A stretch of 64,000 nucleotides of DNA from Utricularia gibba. Taxonomy: Eukaryota; Plantae; Magnoliophyta. Below the pieces are notes generated by a model. The model made no database searches and had not been told where the DNA came from. It worked only from the letters and a program-made list of their open reading frames with translations. The stretch is taken from contig NEEC01000002.1 of assembly GCA_002189035.1 (NCBI GenBank), positions 1,054,001-1,118,000 of the forward strand. Direction: 5' to 3'. Numbering within the stretch: position 1 is the stretch's first letter; each line of letters starts with the position of its first letter. Below are positions 38,484-50,990 of this stretch, in pieces. The translations under genes were made by a program, and so were the position numbers.

Positions 38484-39752
38484 ATGCATATGCGTATAAT
38501 ATGCAGTCCTGTGAGGCCCAGTTGCAGAATTCCTAGCTTCGTTCCAACAAGACCAAATTGCAAGTTTTTCCCTCCTGCGGTGTGGCGCAACACCGGAAGC
38601 AACGAGCAAAGAAGAGCGCCGTTGACGCAAAGAATTATTGTTGTGAAGGCTTCATCCATGGCCTCCACGCCATCGACTGCTTCAGAAGATAATACCCACG
38701 CTGCAAAGCCATTTTCTGTACTATTCGTTTGCCTCGGCAACATCTGTAGAAGCCCCGCTGCCGAGGCCGTCTTCACACATCTAGTGAAGCAAAAGAATCT
38801 GGAATCAGAATTCCGTATTGATTCTGCTGGAACCATCAACTACCATGAGGTGAAGATTTCTTGTTTTTTTAGGGTTTTGGGTTTGTTGATTCGAAACAAC
38901 AACTGGGTTCGAGATTAAGCTGTGTTCATAAACTTACGTAGGGTGACCAAGCTGATCCAAGAATGAGAGCGGCTTCCAAAAGGCGTGGAATTGCAGTAAC
39001 TTCAATATCCAGGCCAATACGGCCCTCTGATTTTAGAGATTTTGATCTTATTCTCGCCATGGATAAGCGCAACAGAGGTACAGACCAAAGACCCATCTTT
39101 TAGCTGTTGTGAAGCTCTTCCAGTTCTTGCTGTACATTGTATGCTGCAGTATTTGTCCTTTCAACCAGCTTTTCCACATGAAACTGTCATAAATTTCACA
39201 GATTCTGAAACTTAACCAGAACTAAAAAATTAACTATGATGCCCCTATGACTACCTACCTAATGGTTTATGGAGATTCATGGAATTAACTTCTGCCCGTT
39301 TCTTATTGAAAAAAGAGGATATACTTTCTGCTTTCGAGAGGTGGAGGCACAGAGAAACATATCCAGATGGTGCAGCAAATAAGGTGATGGCAATTTCTTG
39401 TTCTAGATCTTTTACTTCGGTCAAGGTTATGTGGATGGATACCAGGAACATAGCTTGCTTATTCTGCAGTAAACATATCACAGGTTCAGCTGATGTGTTC
39501 ATATTGCAAGAGGCATCAGGAGACTGAGGTTCCAGACCCATATTTTGGTGGACCTGAAGGCTTTGAAAAGGTGCCAAGTGTGATTTTTCCCGGCGTAGCA
39601 GATGAGCATCATCGTTGTGTCTACTCAGTACTACGTGTTGTCTTGAACTCGGTATCGTTTTATATTCGTATTAGGTTCTGGACATGCTTGAAGACGCCTG
39701 TGGGTCGCTGTTGGAAAGCATCATTGCTGGGAGATCAGGTAAAGCTTCTTGA
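38484..39752 (+). CDS. Low-molecular-weight protein-tyrosine phosphatase with organellar transit peptide, 5 exons
   Basis: [17 protein letters not shown]-loop; IDSAGT; DPRMR; DLILAMD; [24 protein letters not shown]. Confidence 0.95.
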
Positions 39753-40343
39753 ATCTTCTCTCAGCCTGCTGGAGAGGGAAGGCATCTTCAGATTTTTTAC
39801 AAAAACGTTGCATTTTTTTAGTCTTGAAGACACATTCTTAGTCCTTAAAGCCGTTAGCGGTTGTGTAATAATCTGGAGAAGCACTCAACATTTCAGCAGT
39901 GGGAGGCAACATTTCTCCGACCTCTGCTCTCCTGATTCATAATATATTGCTGAATGAAGTATATGCTTATCATTTGTTATGGATTCTAATCCAAAGCATC
40001 CCGATGGGGGTACTTGGTACAACAAGTTGAAGGTAGAAATTGAAGCACAAATCCTTTCTAAAAGCATCTGGGAACTGACAAAAAAACTAGCATTATCCTC
40101 AAACAAAGCAAAAAATATGGCCACTACAACAGCAACTGATACTTCCAACAACATGCATGTCCTGATATGGGTTGAAACCAGGAAGAAAGAAACAAGATTG
40201 ATGTGGGCTGCAAAAATTTACTGCAAGATCAAATCTGGGATTGGGATTTCGTACCAACGCAGGATTGTTGTTGGCACATATGCACAGGGAGCTGAGGGCT
40301 CCGATCTGAATCTACCAAGTTCACATTCTAGTAGAGCGGCAAA

Positions 40344-43300
40344 TCAAGAGGCATCATCCATGATGTGATCGTTGTCATTATCATCATTGTAGTATTCATC
40401 ATCGCGCTGGATCTGCTTGTCCTGCATCCCACCTGGAAGATGAATTAAAAGGAATTATCCTAGGTGAATATGCTGCTACAAGACCAGTCATCAAACACAG
40501 ATAATAGCAAGCAAGGTGGGTCTGGTTCCCTGGCATGGTTTTTTTCTTACGTGTTACCCTCTCATCAGGATTCTGCTCGTCTTCATCAGAATCAGGGATG
40601 TAGAAATCTGGAGGAACCTGCAATACGTGACCAAATATTATGGCTTCAATATGAAAATGGTGTAACAAAATATCAAGGTTCTTGACGTCTGTCAGAAACT
40701 AGATGTTGCTCCATCAGCTGAAGAAACAAAATGAAGTGTTCACCTCATGCATCTGAACCCCAGGAGCATGTTGAATGCTACTCAGATTTTCACATACTTG
40801 TTGTCTGATAGTGTTCAGGTAAGATTTACTATTGAAGTTTTCCTGAGATTGAAGGGAATCTTGTTGTCAGTCCAAATAAGTAGCTTTTGCTCTATCTGGG
40901 AAAGCATTAGATTTTCGGTGCTAAAGATTCATGAGAGAAGTACACGTAAACAATTACCATGTGGCCACTAGGACATTTCAAAGAGTAATCTGGAGCAAAA
41001 TACTTGATATAATCATTGTCTGGAATGGCTGCAGAGACCAGGGATTCAAGATATCAGCAGACCACAAAATAATGGCTTGTCTCGTCAAATGAAGAAGGTT
41101 CACTCTTCAACCTAAAGAATATGAACACTACAGACAGTCCTTGCAGAATACACTACAAATAGTGCAAGTATATTATATAAATAAAGAATAGGTTCATACT
41201 GATATGAAAGGTCTGTTTGGTGTAGCATATTTTTTGTCATAAATTCATCAAAAAAAATTATACATCCTTTAATGTAAGTTGTAGAATCGGCATAGAACTC
41301 AAAAATCCCACTGGAAAAAAGTTGATTGAAAAACAAGCTCAGAATATCATAAATTCATTGTGCAAATGATCTTTTGTATGCGAATAAGAATAAGAAAAAA
41401 ACATAAATACCAATTCTAAACAGCCTCAGAATCCAACATGAAGCATATGCCTACCATTAGGAAGCTCAGTATCTAGAAGAACTCCTGTCTCCACAGTCCA
41501 ACATCTAGCCACATTTTCTTTTGTATATCCCCCACCCCCTGTCACCTGCAAAAGACAGACTTAGTGATGAATCTGAGAGCAATAATATTCCAGGCAAAAA
41601 GACTTACCAGCAAAGGTAAATTGAGCTGCTTGACAAACCTAACGCAAGCTGCATGCCCTGAGCATAAATCAAGGCAACACAATCACAAGGATGCCTCATA
41701 AATCAACATGGGGGAATTAAAAAATAATAATTGAATTCCAAAGAAATTTTGAGATTATACCATCAATTGAAAGGTTGAAACATCCCAAACGATCCCCTGC
41801 AAGTGAGTCTGCTCCACACTGAAGAACAATAGCCCCAGGTGCATAGCATTCCACTACCTTCATGATTATCTGTTGCATAGAAAGTAGTAATGTTGAAACT
41901 TATGCTCAGAGAGCAAAAACACTCAACCAGATGCACATTACAAAACTTACAGTTTTAAAAAGACGCAAGAAGCTTCCATCATCGATTCCATCTTTGAGAG
42001 GGACATTGATTGCATAAAATTTTCCTTCTCTGTCCCCTACATCCTTCAGAATGTATGCAGCATTTAGCGTTCTTTTAAGAGTGATTAGAATGAAAAGGCT
42101 CCCACTATACAATAAAATCATAAAATGGCTGCCTAAATAAAAGAGGCTGACAGTGAGAATCTAATATATGTAACTGAGGAAGGTTGAAGTAAAATAACTC
42201 CAAGGGACGCACCTTCAAATCACCCGTCCCAGGGAAGAACATGTCTCCATACTTGTGAAAGCTAACAGTCATGACTCTACAATAGAAAGTATATATATTC
42301 AGTGAAAAATGTATCAGCCACTTCATACAGAAGAAATTGACAAGTGACATAATTACGAAAAAAAGAACATGTAAGAAGCAAAACGTTTTTATAATACCTA
42401 TCGGTGAAGAAAAATGCCTCTTCCACTCCATCACCATGATGAACATCAATATCAATGTATAGAACACGGTTATGATACTTCAAGAGCTCCAAAATACCCA
42501 AAACTAGGTCATTGATGTAGCAAAATCCAGATGCCTCGCACTTCTTTGCATGATGTAGTCCACCAGCCCAGTTTATGGCAATGTCACAAAGCCTGTTATT
42601 CAATCTGCGGGCAGCATCTACACATGAATCCAACACAACTCAAATGAAGTTTTAGAACAAAATTCAAGAGAAAAAAACTCTACTATATGTAGAAGTAATC
42701 ACCTATTGTACCACCAGCATAAATTTGGCAGAATTCAAACAAGTTCTCAAAGACAGGGCAATCTTCCCCAAGATTATCTACAGTAAATAAAAGTTAGAGA
42801 TAGAATTCTGCTGTATATTCCATTAGCTAAAAAAAAAATCGCCACAAAACGAATGAAAATAAAATTGATCGCATACAATTCCATATAGGAAGTACTCCCA
42901 CGGCTCAAATCTATCCCATACAAAAAGTAAAAACATAAACGTAACTTTCACAATTCAAGTATCAATCCTTAATATAGAGTCATATACTGCCCACTCTTTT
43001 TTTAGAAAAACAAGATTAAATGAAATTAGATAATATCACAATAACTACAAAAGAAAATGCCATTACACTTGACCATCTCATTGGAGAACAACTGTTGTGT
43101 GTCAGGAGTGATTCGCTGTAGAAACTCGACATAATCAGGCGAGTGAAATTGAGCTAACTCCACAGGATACGCTTTGTGAGGCCTCTAAACATCATAAATA
43201 AGCACTCAGTATATCGAACCATACTCATCCCGCAAAAACAAAAGGAGAGACAAAAAAAGAGGCGAAACACACATAAACTTCCATCTTCTTGTGGAGCTCG

Positions 43301-43502
43301 TAAGAGAGGACCAAGTGGTGGGTCATGCACAATCGATGCGGTTTCATCGGATGGTTCGGCCCAAAGTAAACATTTCCCACGTCCCCTGTGAACCCCTTTC
43401 GACTTGTGTTAGACAAGTTCCAAGACAACGCACTCACAAAACCCATAAGAACAGAAAAAACGAACCGTCATAAAAGTATGAGATTCTGTCCTTGGTGCGC
43501 AT
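40344..43502 (-). CDS. HDA9: RPD3-class histone deacetylase HDA9
   Basis: [12 protein letters not shown]|[23 protein letters not shown]; [31 protein letters not shown]; [16 protein letters not shown]; [18 protein letters not shown]; [18 protein letters not shown]; [10 protein letters not shown] tail characteristic of HDA9. Confidence 0.96.
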
Positions 43503-44290
43503 TGCGGAATCTTGGCGGAAGAAGCACAACGATCAACAACTAAGCAAATTCACCCGCCAGCTTCTATCGCCGGAACGTGAGGGAGTTCGATGGAATTGAT
43601 GCAGAGAAGTAAAAACCCTACACCCCCGCCAGCAAATCGGAGCGGGCGTCTACTGAATTCCAACTCCGGTCATCCCTCAAGCTTCATCAAGGATTTAACT
43701 ATCGGGAGCTTCAGCTTCCCTTCTAAAGTTCTCTTGCAGGATTGGCCGTGCGCATTTAAGTAAATAAATAATAAATATATTTATATTTATATTTCAATAA
43801 TCAATTTTTAATATATATTTTAATTTTTTATACAATGAAATAATGTCATAATTACACACCATACCCCTGCTCCCCTTTGAGAATATGTCTGCATAGCTAC
43901 TTCCAACTGCCCTTGCTCTTGAGACCTTCGGTGCCCCTAATCGGAGTCCGCCATAGACCGATGCATCAAGGGTTCAAAAAACAACCTGTTTCAATTCTTC
44001 CATGGATCATGAAAATGCAAGATGGTAGATGGTGGGAGGATAGGTGAGGCATGGTGGAGCCATGGCTGTTTCAGACATCAGATGCTAGATGCAAGAAGGC
44101 AATGCTGCACAAATAAGAGCACAGTGCCCATTTATACGTTCCACATTGAGACAGAAGGTACTGTGGTGCTTTCAACAGCACACACCATCAAAGAAGTCAA
44201 AGATTCAGTATTTCAGAGCTTATTAGGAACAAATCCAGTTTCAAGATCATGTCCTCCCCAGAGCTGGTCTTCAGGGAAAACAGACGGATC

Positions 44291-44574
44291 CTATTCCTTC
44301 TTTCCGATCCCATAAGACATGTTGTAGATGCCTCTTCCCTGAGCGAGGGACAGCATCAATGTGAGAAGACAGATGCATCGATTATCCAGTAAGGAAAAAC
44401 GGGTGGAACAAGACTCACAATGAGAAATAAGGAGGCTCCAGCAAAAGCCAATGGAATAGCAACTGATGTGACCTTGTCCATAGGTCCCTTCAAATACGTA
44501 TGTTTATGGATGCTCTGGAAGTATTTTTGCCTCTCAATCAGCCTAGCTCTCGCGGCAAAGGGTTCTTCAGACAT
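44291..44574 (-). CDS. Cytochrome c oxidase subunit VIIa-like mitochondrial protein, 2 coding exons
   Basis: MSEEPFAARARLIERQKYFQSIHKHTYLKGPMDKVTSVAIPLAFAGASLFLI|GRGIYNMSYGIGKKE*, matching the recalled plant COX7a family. TGGGCC site II motifs lie upstream (~45108-45128). Confidence 0.9.
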
Positions 44575-45730
44575 CCTGAAGCAAATCGAAAAATTCATAC
44601 ATCTGTTACCTCAGATTCGCATCAGAATCTTCAATTTGATTCAAGGATCAGTAAAACCTACTGCGGTGATTCATGTTCAAATTGTAATCTAGGCACCCAT
44701 ATACAGATGCTTCATTCCCAAACTTTGAACACCACTAATATAAACCAAACGGAAACATCTAGAAGAACGCATATTACCACAACCCACACCGAAAAATCTG
44801 AATGAAGGCAGATACATACAACATATCAGCATCATTCCCAATAAATCAAAATTCAAAAAAAAAAAGAAGAACGAATGCCTACAACCATATACCCATTTTC
44901 GATCGGTAAAACGACAATCAAGATCCCATGAATCAGAAAGAAAATAAGCATGGAGATTGAGAGAAAACACCCTACCTGGATATCGTCAAAAAACTGAAAA
45001 ACCGATGACGGAAATTTTGGTCGAGGGCTTGTTGGAAATGGCAGAGATAAGCGCAGTCCCTTGACATTTGGTTCGGGCCGGGTCCCTGGGTTAGAAGGTT
45101 CCCGATTTTGGGCCAGTCACATTGGGCCTCCCAAGAGCCCAAACTCAGCAGCCTGTTTCAACCAGTGCCCATTGAAGCTCAAGAGAACCGAAACTCAACA
45201 GAAACGCAGTTCGGTGGACAGCGGCGTGGCCATAATTCCGGCGCCGCTACAGAAGCCTACTCTAATTAAGGTTACTTTACATCGGTTCAACGTCCTAATA
45301 GAGCCGCTACACGTGGACGCATGGACAACACTCGTGCATCTATCCTTTACATCATTTTTAGAAATGGCGTGTGGCAAACCCGCATTTTCATAATTAAGAA
45401 TACCAAATAAGGTGTATTTTCGTATTAAAAAAAATAAAAAGAAAAAGGTAGGTATCAGATGGACTTTACCAAGAATTCCACCCACCATTGTGTTATCTCA
45501 GCCGTTGGATCCCGAAATTCGAAAGCCCGGGGACCGGGATTGTGTATGGGCTTCCGTTGGAAGTAGGATGAAGCCCCTGCAGAACTCACGATATAAAAAC
45601 TCGCGCTCCTCGTTGGTTTCTCATTTTGCAGCGGAGTGGTATAAGGTTCAGAGTTTCCTCCCTGACACTTAAGTTATTATTCTCCGTCGACCCCGAATTT
45701 GTAACCTTATTTCAATTGGACCCCTCCAGG

Positions 45731-46996
45731 ATGCACGCCCATGCTCTGTGCTCTGCGATCGAGCTCAGTCTCAGCCGGCCCGCCTCGACCTACCCGCAGG
45801 AGTCGAATGGCTCAAACGCCGCCGCGGCGCCAGTCGCTGGATTCAGAAATGGTGCCGGAAATGTCGACGGAGGTCGCCACGAGTGGCAGAGCGCATGCGC
45901 GATTTTGGCGAGTAAAGTGGTTGCGCAGCAGCAACAGCGTGAGAGGAGCATCGTAGACGGCGGCAACGGCAGATTGGTTTTTAACGGACACCCATCACTT
46001 GACCTGGTACCGGTTGAGGGTTCCCGCTCTCTAGCGCATCCCAAACCGCTACGCATCGTTGATTTTTCTCCAGCGCCGATGCACGGATCCAAGATTCGCG
46101 TGGCGTACCATGGCGTTCCGGGAGCGTATGGTGAAGCAGCGGCTGGAAAGGCTTATCCGAATTGTGAGGCTATTCCTTGCGAGCAATTTGAGGTTGCGTT
46201 CCAGGCGGTGGAGCTCTGGATCGCTGATCGGGCTGTACTTCCGGTGGAGAACTCCCTCGGCGGTTCGATTCACCGGAATTATGACCTCCTCCTCCGTCAC
46301 CGCCTCCACATCGTCGGCGAGGTTCAACTTCCGATCCATCACTGCCTCCTTGCTCTCCCCGGTGTCAGAAAGGAGAATCTCACGCGGGTGATCAGTCATC
46401 CCCAGGCTTTCTACCAGTGCGAGCGCACGCTCACGGAAATGAACCTCTCCGTCGCGCGTGAGGCCGTCGACAACACCGCTGGCGCCGCAGAATACATCGC
46501 ATCGAAAAATCTCCACGACACCGCAGCGATCGCCTCGTCCCGTGCCGCAGAGATCTACGGTCTCAACATCCTCGCCGACGGAATCCAGGACGACTTCGGC
46601 AACGTGACGCGGTTCGTGATGCTAGCTCGTGAGCCCATCGTTCCGAGAACCGACCGACCGTTCAAGACCTCCATCGTCTTCGCCCACGATGAGGCCGGCA
46701 CCAGCGTCCTCTTCAAGGTCCTGTCAGCGTTCGATTTCCGCAACATCAGCCTCACTAAAATTGAGTCGCGGCCGCACCGCAACCGCCCCATTCGCGTCAT
46801 CGACGACGCCAACGTCGGCACAGCCAAGCACTTCGAGTACGTGTTCTACATCGATTTCGAGGCCTCCATGGCGGAGGCGCGCGCGCAGAACGCGCTCGCC
46901 GAGGTCCAAGAGTTCACATCGTTTCTGAGGGTCCTCGGCAGTTATCCGATGGATATGACGCCGTGGAATGTACCGCCGTCCTGCGCCGCAGGCTGA
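45731..46996 (+). CDS. ADT: Arogenate dehydratase (ADT3/6-like), intronless, plastid transit peptide
   Basis: [13 protein letters not shown]; [16 protein letters not shown]; [20 protein letters not shown]; SHPQA; NVTRF; ACT domain with TKIESRP and [11 protein letters not shown]. Confidence 0.97.
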   Translation: MHAHALCSAIELSLSRPASTYPQESNGSNAAAAPVAGFRNGAGNVDGGRHEWQSACAILASKVVAQQQQRERSIVDGGNGRLVFNGHPSLDLVPVEGSRSLAHPKPLRIVDFSPAPMHGSKIRVAYHGVPGAYGEAAAGKAYPNCEAIPCEQFEVAFQAVELWIADRAVLPVENSLGGSIHRNYDLLLRHRLHIVGEVQLPIHHCLLALPGVRKENLTRVISHPQAFYQCERTLTEMNLSVAREAVDNTAGAAEYIASKNLHDTAAIASSRAAEIYGLNILADGIQDDFGNVTRFVMLAREPIVPRTDRPFKTSIVFAHDEAGTSVLFKVLSAFDFRNISLTKIESRPHRNRPIRVIDDANVGTAKHFEYVFYIDFEASMAEARAQNALAEVQEFTSFLRVLGSYPMDMTPWNVPPSCAAG

Positions 46997-47215
46997 CCAG
47001 ATCTCAAATGGTTTACTGGAAGGTGCATGGCGGTGCCGTCGCCTGGTATTTCCTCCCTCGGGAGGATAATGATAAACATGACTGGCTCATCGCTGCTCCT
47101 TCGGTCGCTGTTCGACAAAAACAAAACAAAACGATTCCAGAATTCAACTTCTGATAGCAGTACTATTTCTCTGAGATCAAAATTCGCAAAAAGAGAACAT
47201 GATCCGAAAACAGAA

Positions 47216-47288
47216 CGATCGCAGTGGGATTCGAACCCACGACCTTTAGATCCGGAGTCTAACGCGATATCCACTCCGCTATGCGATC
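47216..47288 (-). tRNA. tRNA-Arg(CCG)
   Basis: 73-nt cloverleaf GATCGCA...TGCGATC; D-arm GCGGAGTGGATATCGC; anticodon arm TTAGA-CTCCGGA-TCTAA; T-loop GGTTCGAATCC. Confidence 0.97.
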
Positions 47289-48756
47289 AAAATCAGTGAA
47301 ATCAAGCAACAGCAATTTCTAACCACCGATTACTCACAGAATCAGCGGCATAAGGGCAATACAATAAGAAAAACAACGTCAGATTTACCTTTTCCAGAAT
47401 CCGCGGTAGAAAAGCGCCGGCAGATAGATCGGTGTCTTCACGTCCCCATTCCTCCACGATTTTCTCCAGAGAGATTCACGATGCGGAAACCAGGCTTCAA
47501 ACAAAAAGCTGTGAAACTCGTGACTGAAGGTTGAAAAGTGATCCTTTTTCCACATTTAGAAAAGTTGAGGTAATTTGCTCGAGCGACCCGCAAGTCTCCA
47601 TATTCGCTTTTTGACCCCACTTTTTTACTTCTTTGCCGATCCGATTTACCTGCCTGCCCACATTGCCGCTATTTTCTTGGCGCATATTTCATTAAATATT
47701 AATTTAAAACCACTCACTGAATATTGAATAAGAAATTTCATTATTCAATTCGTTATTCAATATTCGCCGAAAAATCAATTTTTAATTTTAATTTAAAACA
47801 TTTTTTTATTTTTATCTACTCAACTCTCAAGTCTCAAACCAGCATTAAAAAAGCAGAGGCACCCAAAAGTACGACACTGTCCAACACAGCAGCAGTTTGA
47901 AGTTGGAGCATCTGACATGAAATTGTTTTTTTGTCCTGCAATACTAATAGGCAAGTAACAGAAGAGAAGATGATTCAGCAACGGAGATGGTAACTTCGGA
48001 CCCCTGCACTCCTTCAACAGAAAACAGGTTAATTGACAAGAGTTGTTTGTGCTGCAGCTCCCTCAACTGGGCATACAAAAACCCCCTTCCTGACCAAACA
48101 CCTGTACCAGTTTCATAGTAACAAGATACCATTAAACACAAGAACGAAACACAGAGTATCTCAGTCTTTCTAAGCAGGGAACCTGGACCTGCAAAACTAG
48201 TTTGACAGGTTAGATAAATGCAATCTAGAGAAAACTGTTAAACGGGAATAGATGATGAAGTGGAAAACTCACAAGCATGGAACTGTTGCATGCAAAAATA
48301 TACCTCATGACTGCATTGTTTCAGCAAATAAGTCAAGGAACAACATACATCATAAAGAAAATGCTATGATCCTATAACTATTGTAAATATGAGAAGGCTC
48401 TTTTACAGGTTTATTGAATCTGTATGCTTAGAAATTGCATCCCACAATCTAACTTTCTTACTGTTACAGCAAGAGTAGATATATATGGAATTCTGTGCAA
48501 AATTTCTTAGAATGTAAACCTAAACTAACATGGTAAAAGCATAGTAACAATAGAAGGAGAAAACAAGCAAGTGAACAGAAAGGGCAGGTTCCATTTAGCA
48601 AGTTCATATAAGGGTTGCAAGAAGAAGGATATGGGTTAAGTGAAGGGACATAGGATGTATAACGTTGAGGTGACTTTTAAGTTACTTTCCAACAAGACGA
48701 ATGATAAAGAAAAAAGGAGATGAGGGAAAGGATAGAAACAAACCAGTAGTCAGGCA

Positions 48757-50060
48757 TCAATACTCATATCCATTATCCTGCTTCTGATCTGGGCCAAGAC
48801 CACGCCGTTCAGTGTTTAAATTTGTCTGATTGGAGTATTCAGTTGAATTGTGAAGGTCAGTAACAGTATCAGCATTGCGGGGATGCTCAGCCTCTTCTCT
48901 TTCCTTGTTCCACTGCGCAATTTTAGCACGCCTCTCTTCACTTCCTTCTCTGACTGGGCTGCGGCCTCTCCTGCCACCAGGACTGCGGCTTCTACCCCTT
49001 TTGTGAGGGCTCGTACTTTTGTGTCTCCTGCTTCTACTGTCATGATAATCCCTGTCATCATATTTCCTACTGTGGCCACGACTTCCATTAGGGCGCTCCT
49101 CATAGCTCCGATGCCTGTGGGGGCTTCTGCTCCTGCTGTGCCTCCTTCTGCTCCTCCCAAACAATTGGCGTCTCAATTCCCTAATTCAGAAACGAAGAAA
49201 ATCTCATACGCATCAGTCAATACTATAATGTATAATGTAGGCAAAGGTGATAATGAGATAGCTATAAAACCTGCTAATCCTCTTCAGATGCATGAAATTA
49301 CAGTATCCACCTCGATTGCAAGCATCCTCCTCATACTGCCTGCAGGTCGCTTCACGAAAATCAGTTACTGGAGAAAAATCAACGATGATGGGCCGACCTG
49401 CGGGTAACAACCATTATCAGTAAACCATCAAAACACCAATATTTTTTTCTTTCGAGGGAGATGATATGCAACCTGCGTAGAACCTCCCTGTAAGATTCTC
49501 CACCGCCTTCGCAGCATGCTCTTCTTCTCTAAACTGGACGTATACATTTCCTACCTGCTCAAGAATAAATATCCAAAATTACGGTCTACCAATTCACCCG
49601 AATATGTTCATCAAATGAAGGAAATCTACCATATGGTCAGCCAGATTATCGCACACATTCAAGCTCTCAATTTCCCCGTACTTATTCAGCTCTTCAAAGA
49701 GATCTTCATAAAAGTCCTGCAACATGCAGGGCATCAAATCAAAAGCCGAGAACATATGACCGGGTAAACTTGATACGACAATAAAAGCCAAAGAACAGGA
49801 ACACTGAATGAAAAACAGCAAACCTCGAAGTGTTCCTGCATCTTTTTGGGATCAATAGGCTGTCCATTTGCATCGATTCCAGGGGTAATCATGTCGGGAC
49901 GCTGGTACATGTTGGAGAGGAGCAAGGTCGGGCTTATACTCGGCTTCGTATGAAGCCGCGAACAGCGGTCGCCGTGCCTGCACGCACCGATTTTAAAATA
50001 GAAGGGGCAGTTGACTCTGTCCTTCTCTGTTCCGAATATGGAAGCCAGATGCTCCGCCAT
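48757..50060 (-). CDS. U2AF35: Splicing factor U2AF small subunit (U2AF35), 5 coding exons
   Basis: [41 protein letters not shown]; UHM ([10 protein letters not shown]...[18 protein letters not shown]); second CCCH ([19 protein letters not shown]); RS domain ending in [11 protein letters not shown]. Confidence 0.97.
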
Positions 50061-50187
50061 GTCGCTGCGACAAACCACTCTCTTCTGCGTGTCACAATTA
50101 TGCCACTCAGATCCACAGCTAGGGTTTTTTGGGGATAATTCTTTTATGCCTTTATATATTTTACGTCAAAACTTTTCATCATTCACC

Positions 50188-50270
50188 GGTGGTTTGCCCG
50201 AGTGGTTAAGGGGGAAGACTTAAGATCTTCTGTACATAAGTACGCGTGGGTTCGAACCCCACAGCCACCA
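50188..50270 (+). tRNA. tRNA-Leu(TAA)
   Basis: 83-nt GGTGGTT...AGCCACCA; anticodon arm GAAGA-CTTAAGA-TCTTC; long variable arm; GGTTCGAACCC; T5 terminator about 25 nt downstream. Confidence 0.97.
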
Positions 50271-50575
50271 TTGCGGTAAATGACATTGAATTGACATTTT
50301 TGAACCTCAATCTGAAAGAAAGTAAAGTTTTTTTTGTTTGAGGAACGGTTATTGTAATATGAAAATAGAGTAAAAAAAGTTAATTTTCTTCTATTTAAGT
50401 AAAAGTAACGTTAATGGATTAATTTTTAGTTAATATTTAATTAATGAATTTATAATTAGTATTAAAGTAAAGTAAATATGTTTTAATTAAAAACATGTAT
50501 AAGAAATTTAAAAAAAAAAAAACCTTGACAAAAATTTTGTATCTTTTGGTTTAGTCGTTTTTGCAGGTGGAGCGA

Positions 50576-50990
50576 TTACCATCCATTTGTATTATTCCAA
50601 CCGTACCAACTTGCCGCCGCAACGCTTGGATTCTCATCCAGTGGAGCCGGCAAGTTAAGATCCAATAACAGGAAAATTCTGTCGGGTGGGAAGAGGTTCT
50701 GGAGCCTGTGTAATCACAGCAAGAACGAAAGAGGAGTCCTGGTTATTTTCACCATTAGTCGAGTGAAAGCCTTAGTCTGCGTAGAAGGACAAGCAGACTG
50801 AATTTGCAGCTGATTGTACTCTCCCATCATACTGAATTATTCAGTATTTCTCAAGGTTCACAACCTCCAGGCACTGAGCCTGGAGACTGATTAGGTACTT
50901 CCATCGCCCACAGATTGGACTCATGGTGAAGAACCCCTCATGCTATCAGCCTGGTCGACTGCAAGTCCTGATCCCATGACTCCCAATTCA
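50576..50990 (-). pseudogene. Degenerate coding remnant ending in an EAR repression motif (LDLNLPAP)
   Basis: One frame reads LDLNLPAPLDENPSVAAASWYGWNNTNGW* (50665-50576). Upstream frames carry stops and shifts. LDLNLP is typical of C2H2 zinc-finger repressor C-termini, but no zinc finger is visible. Confidence 0.4.

Noticed and set aside
43900-43980. Small three-way junction (cccttg/caaggg, atcgg/ccgat) between HDA9 and COX7a
   Set aside because: The helices are short and there are no box motifs, so it cannot be separated from background by eye.
45741-46928. Multiple 60-155 aa ORFs overlapping ADT (and likewise 3006-3549 over IQD, 9237-9902 over ATL, 51868-52490 over DUF1635, 57300-57782 over HIPP)
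   Set aside because: These are shadow ORFs of GC-rich coding sequence on alternative frames or strands, with no independent motifs.
50270-50330. tRNA-snoRNA dicistron downstream of tRNA-Leu (as in plant tRNA-Gly-snoR43)
   Set aside because: A T5 terminator follows within ~25 nt and there are no C/D boxes.
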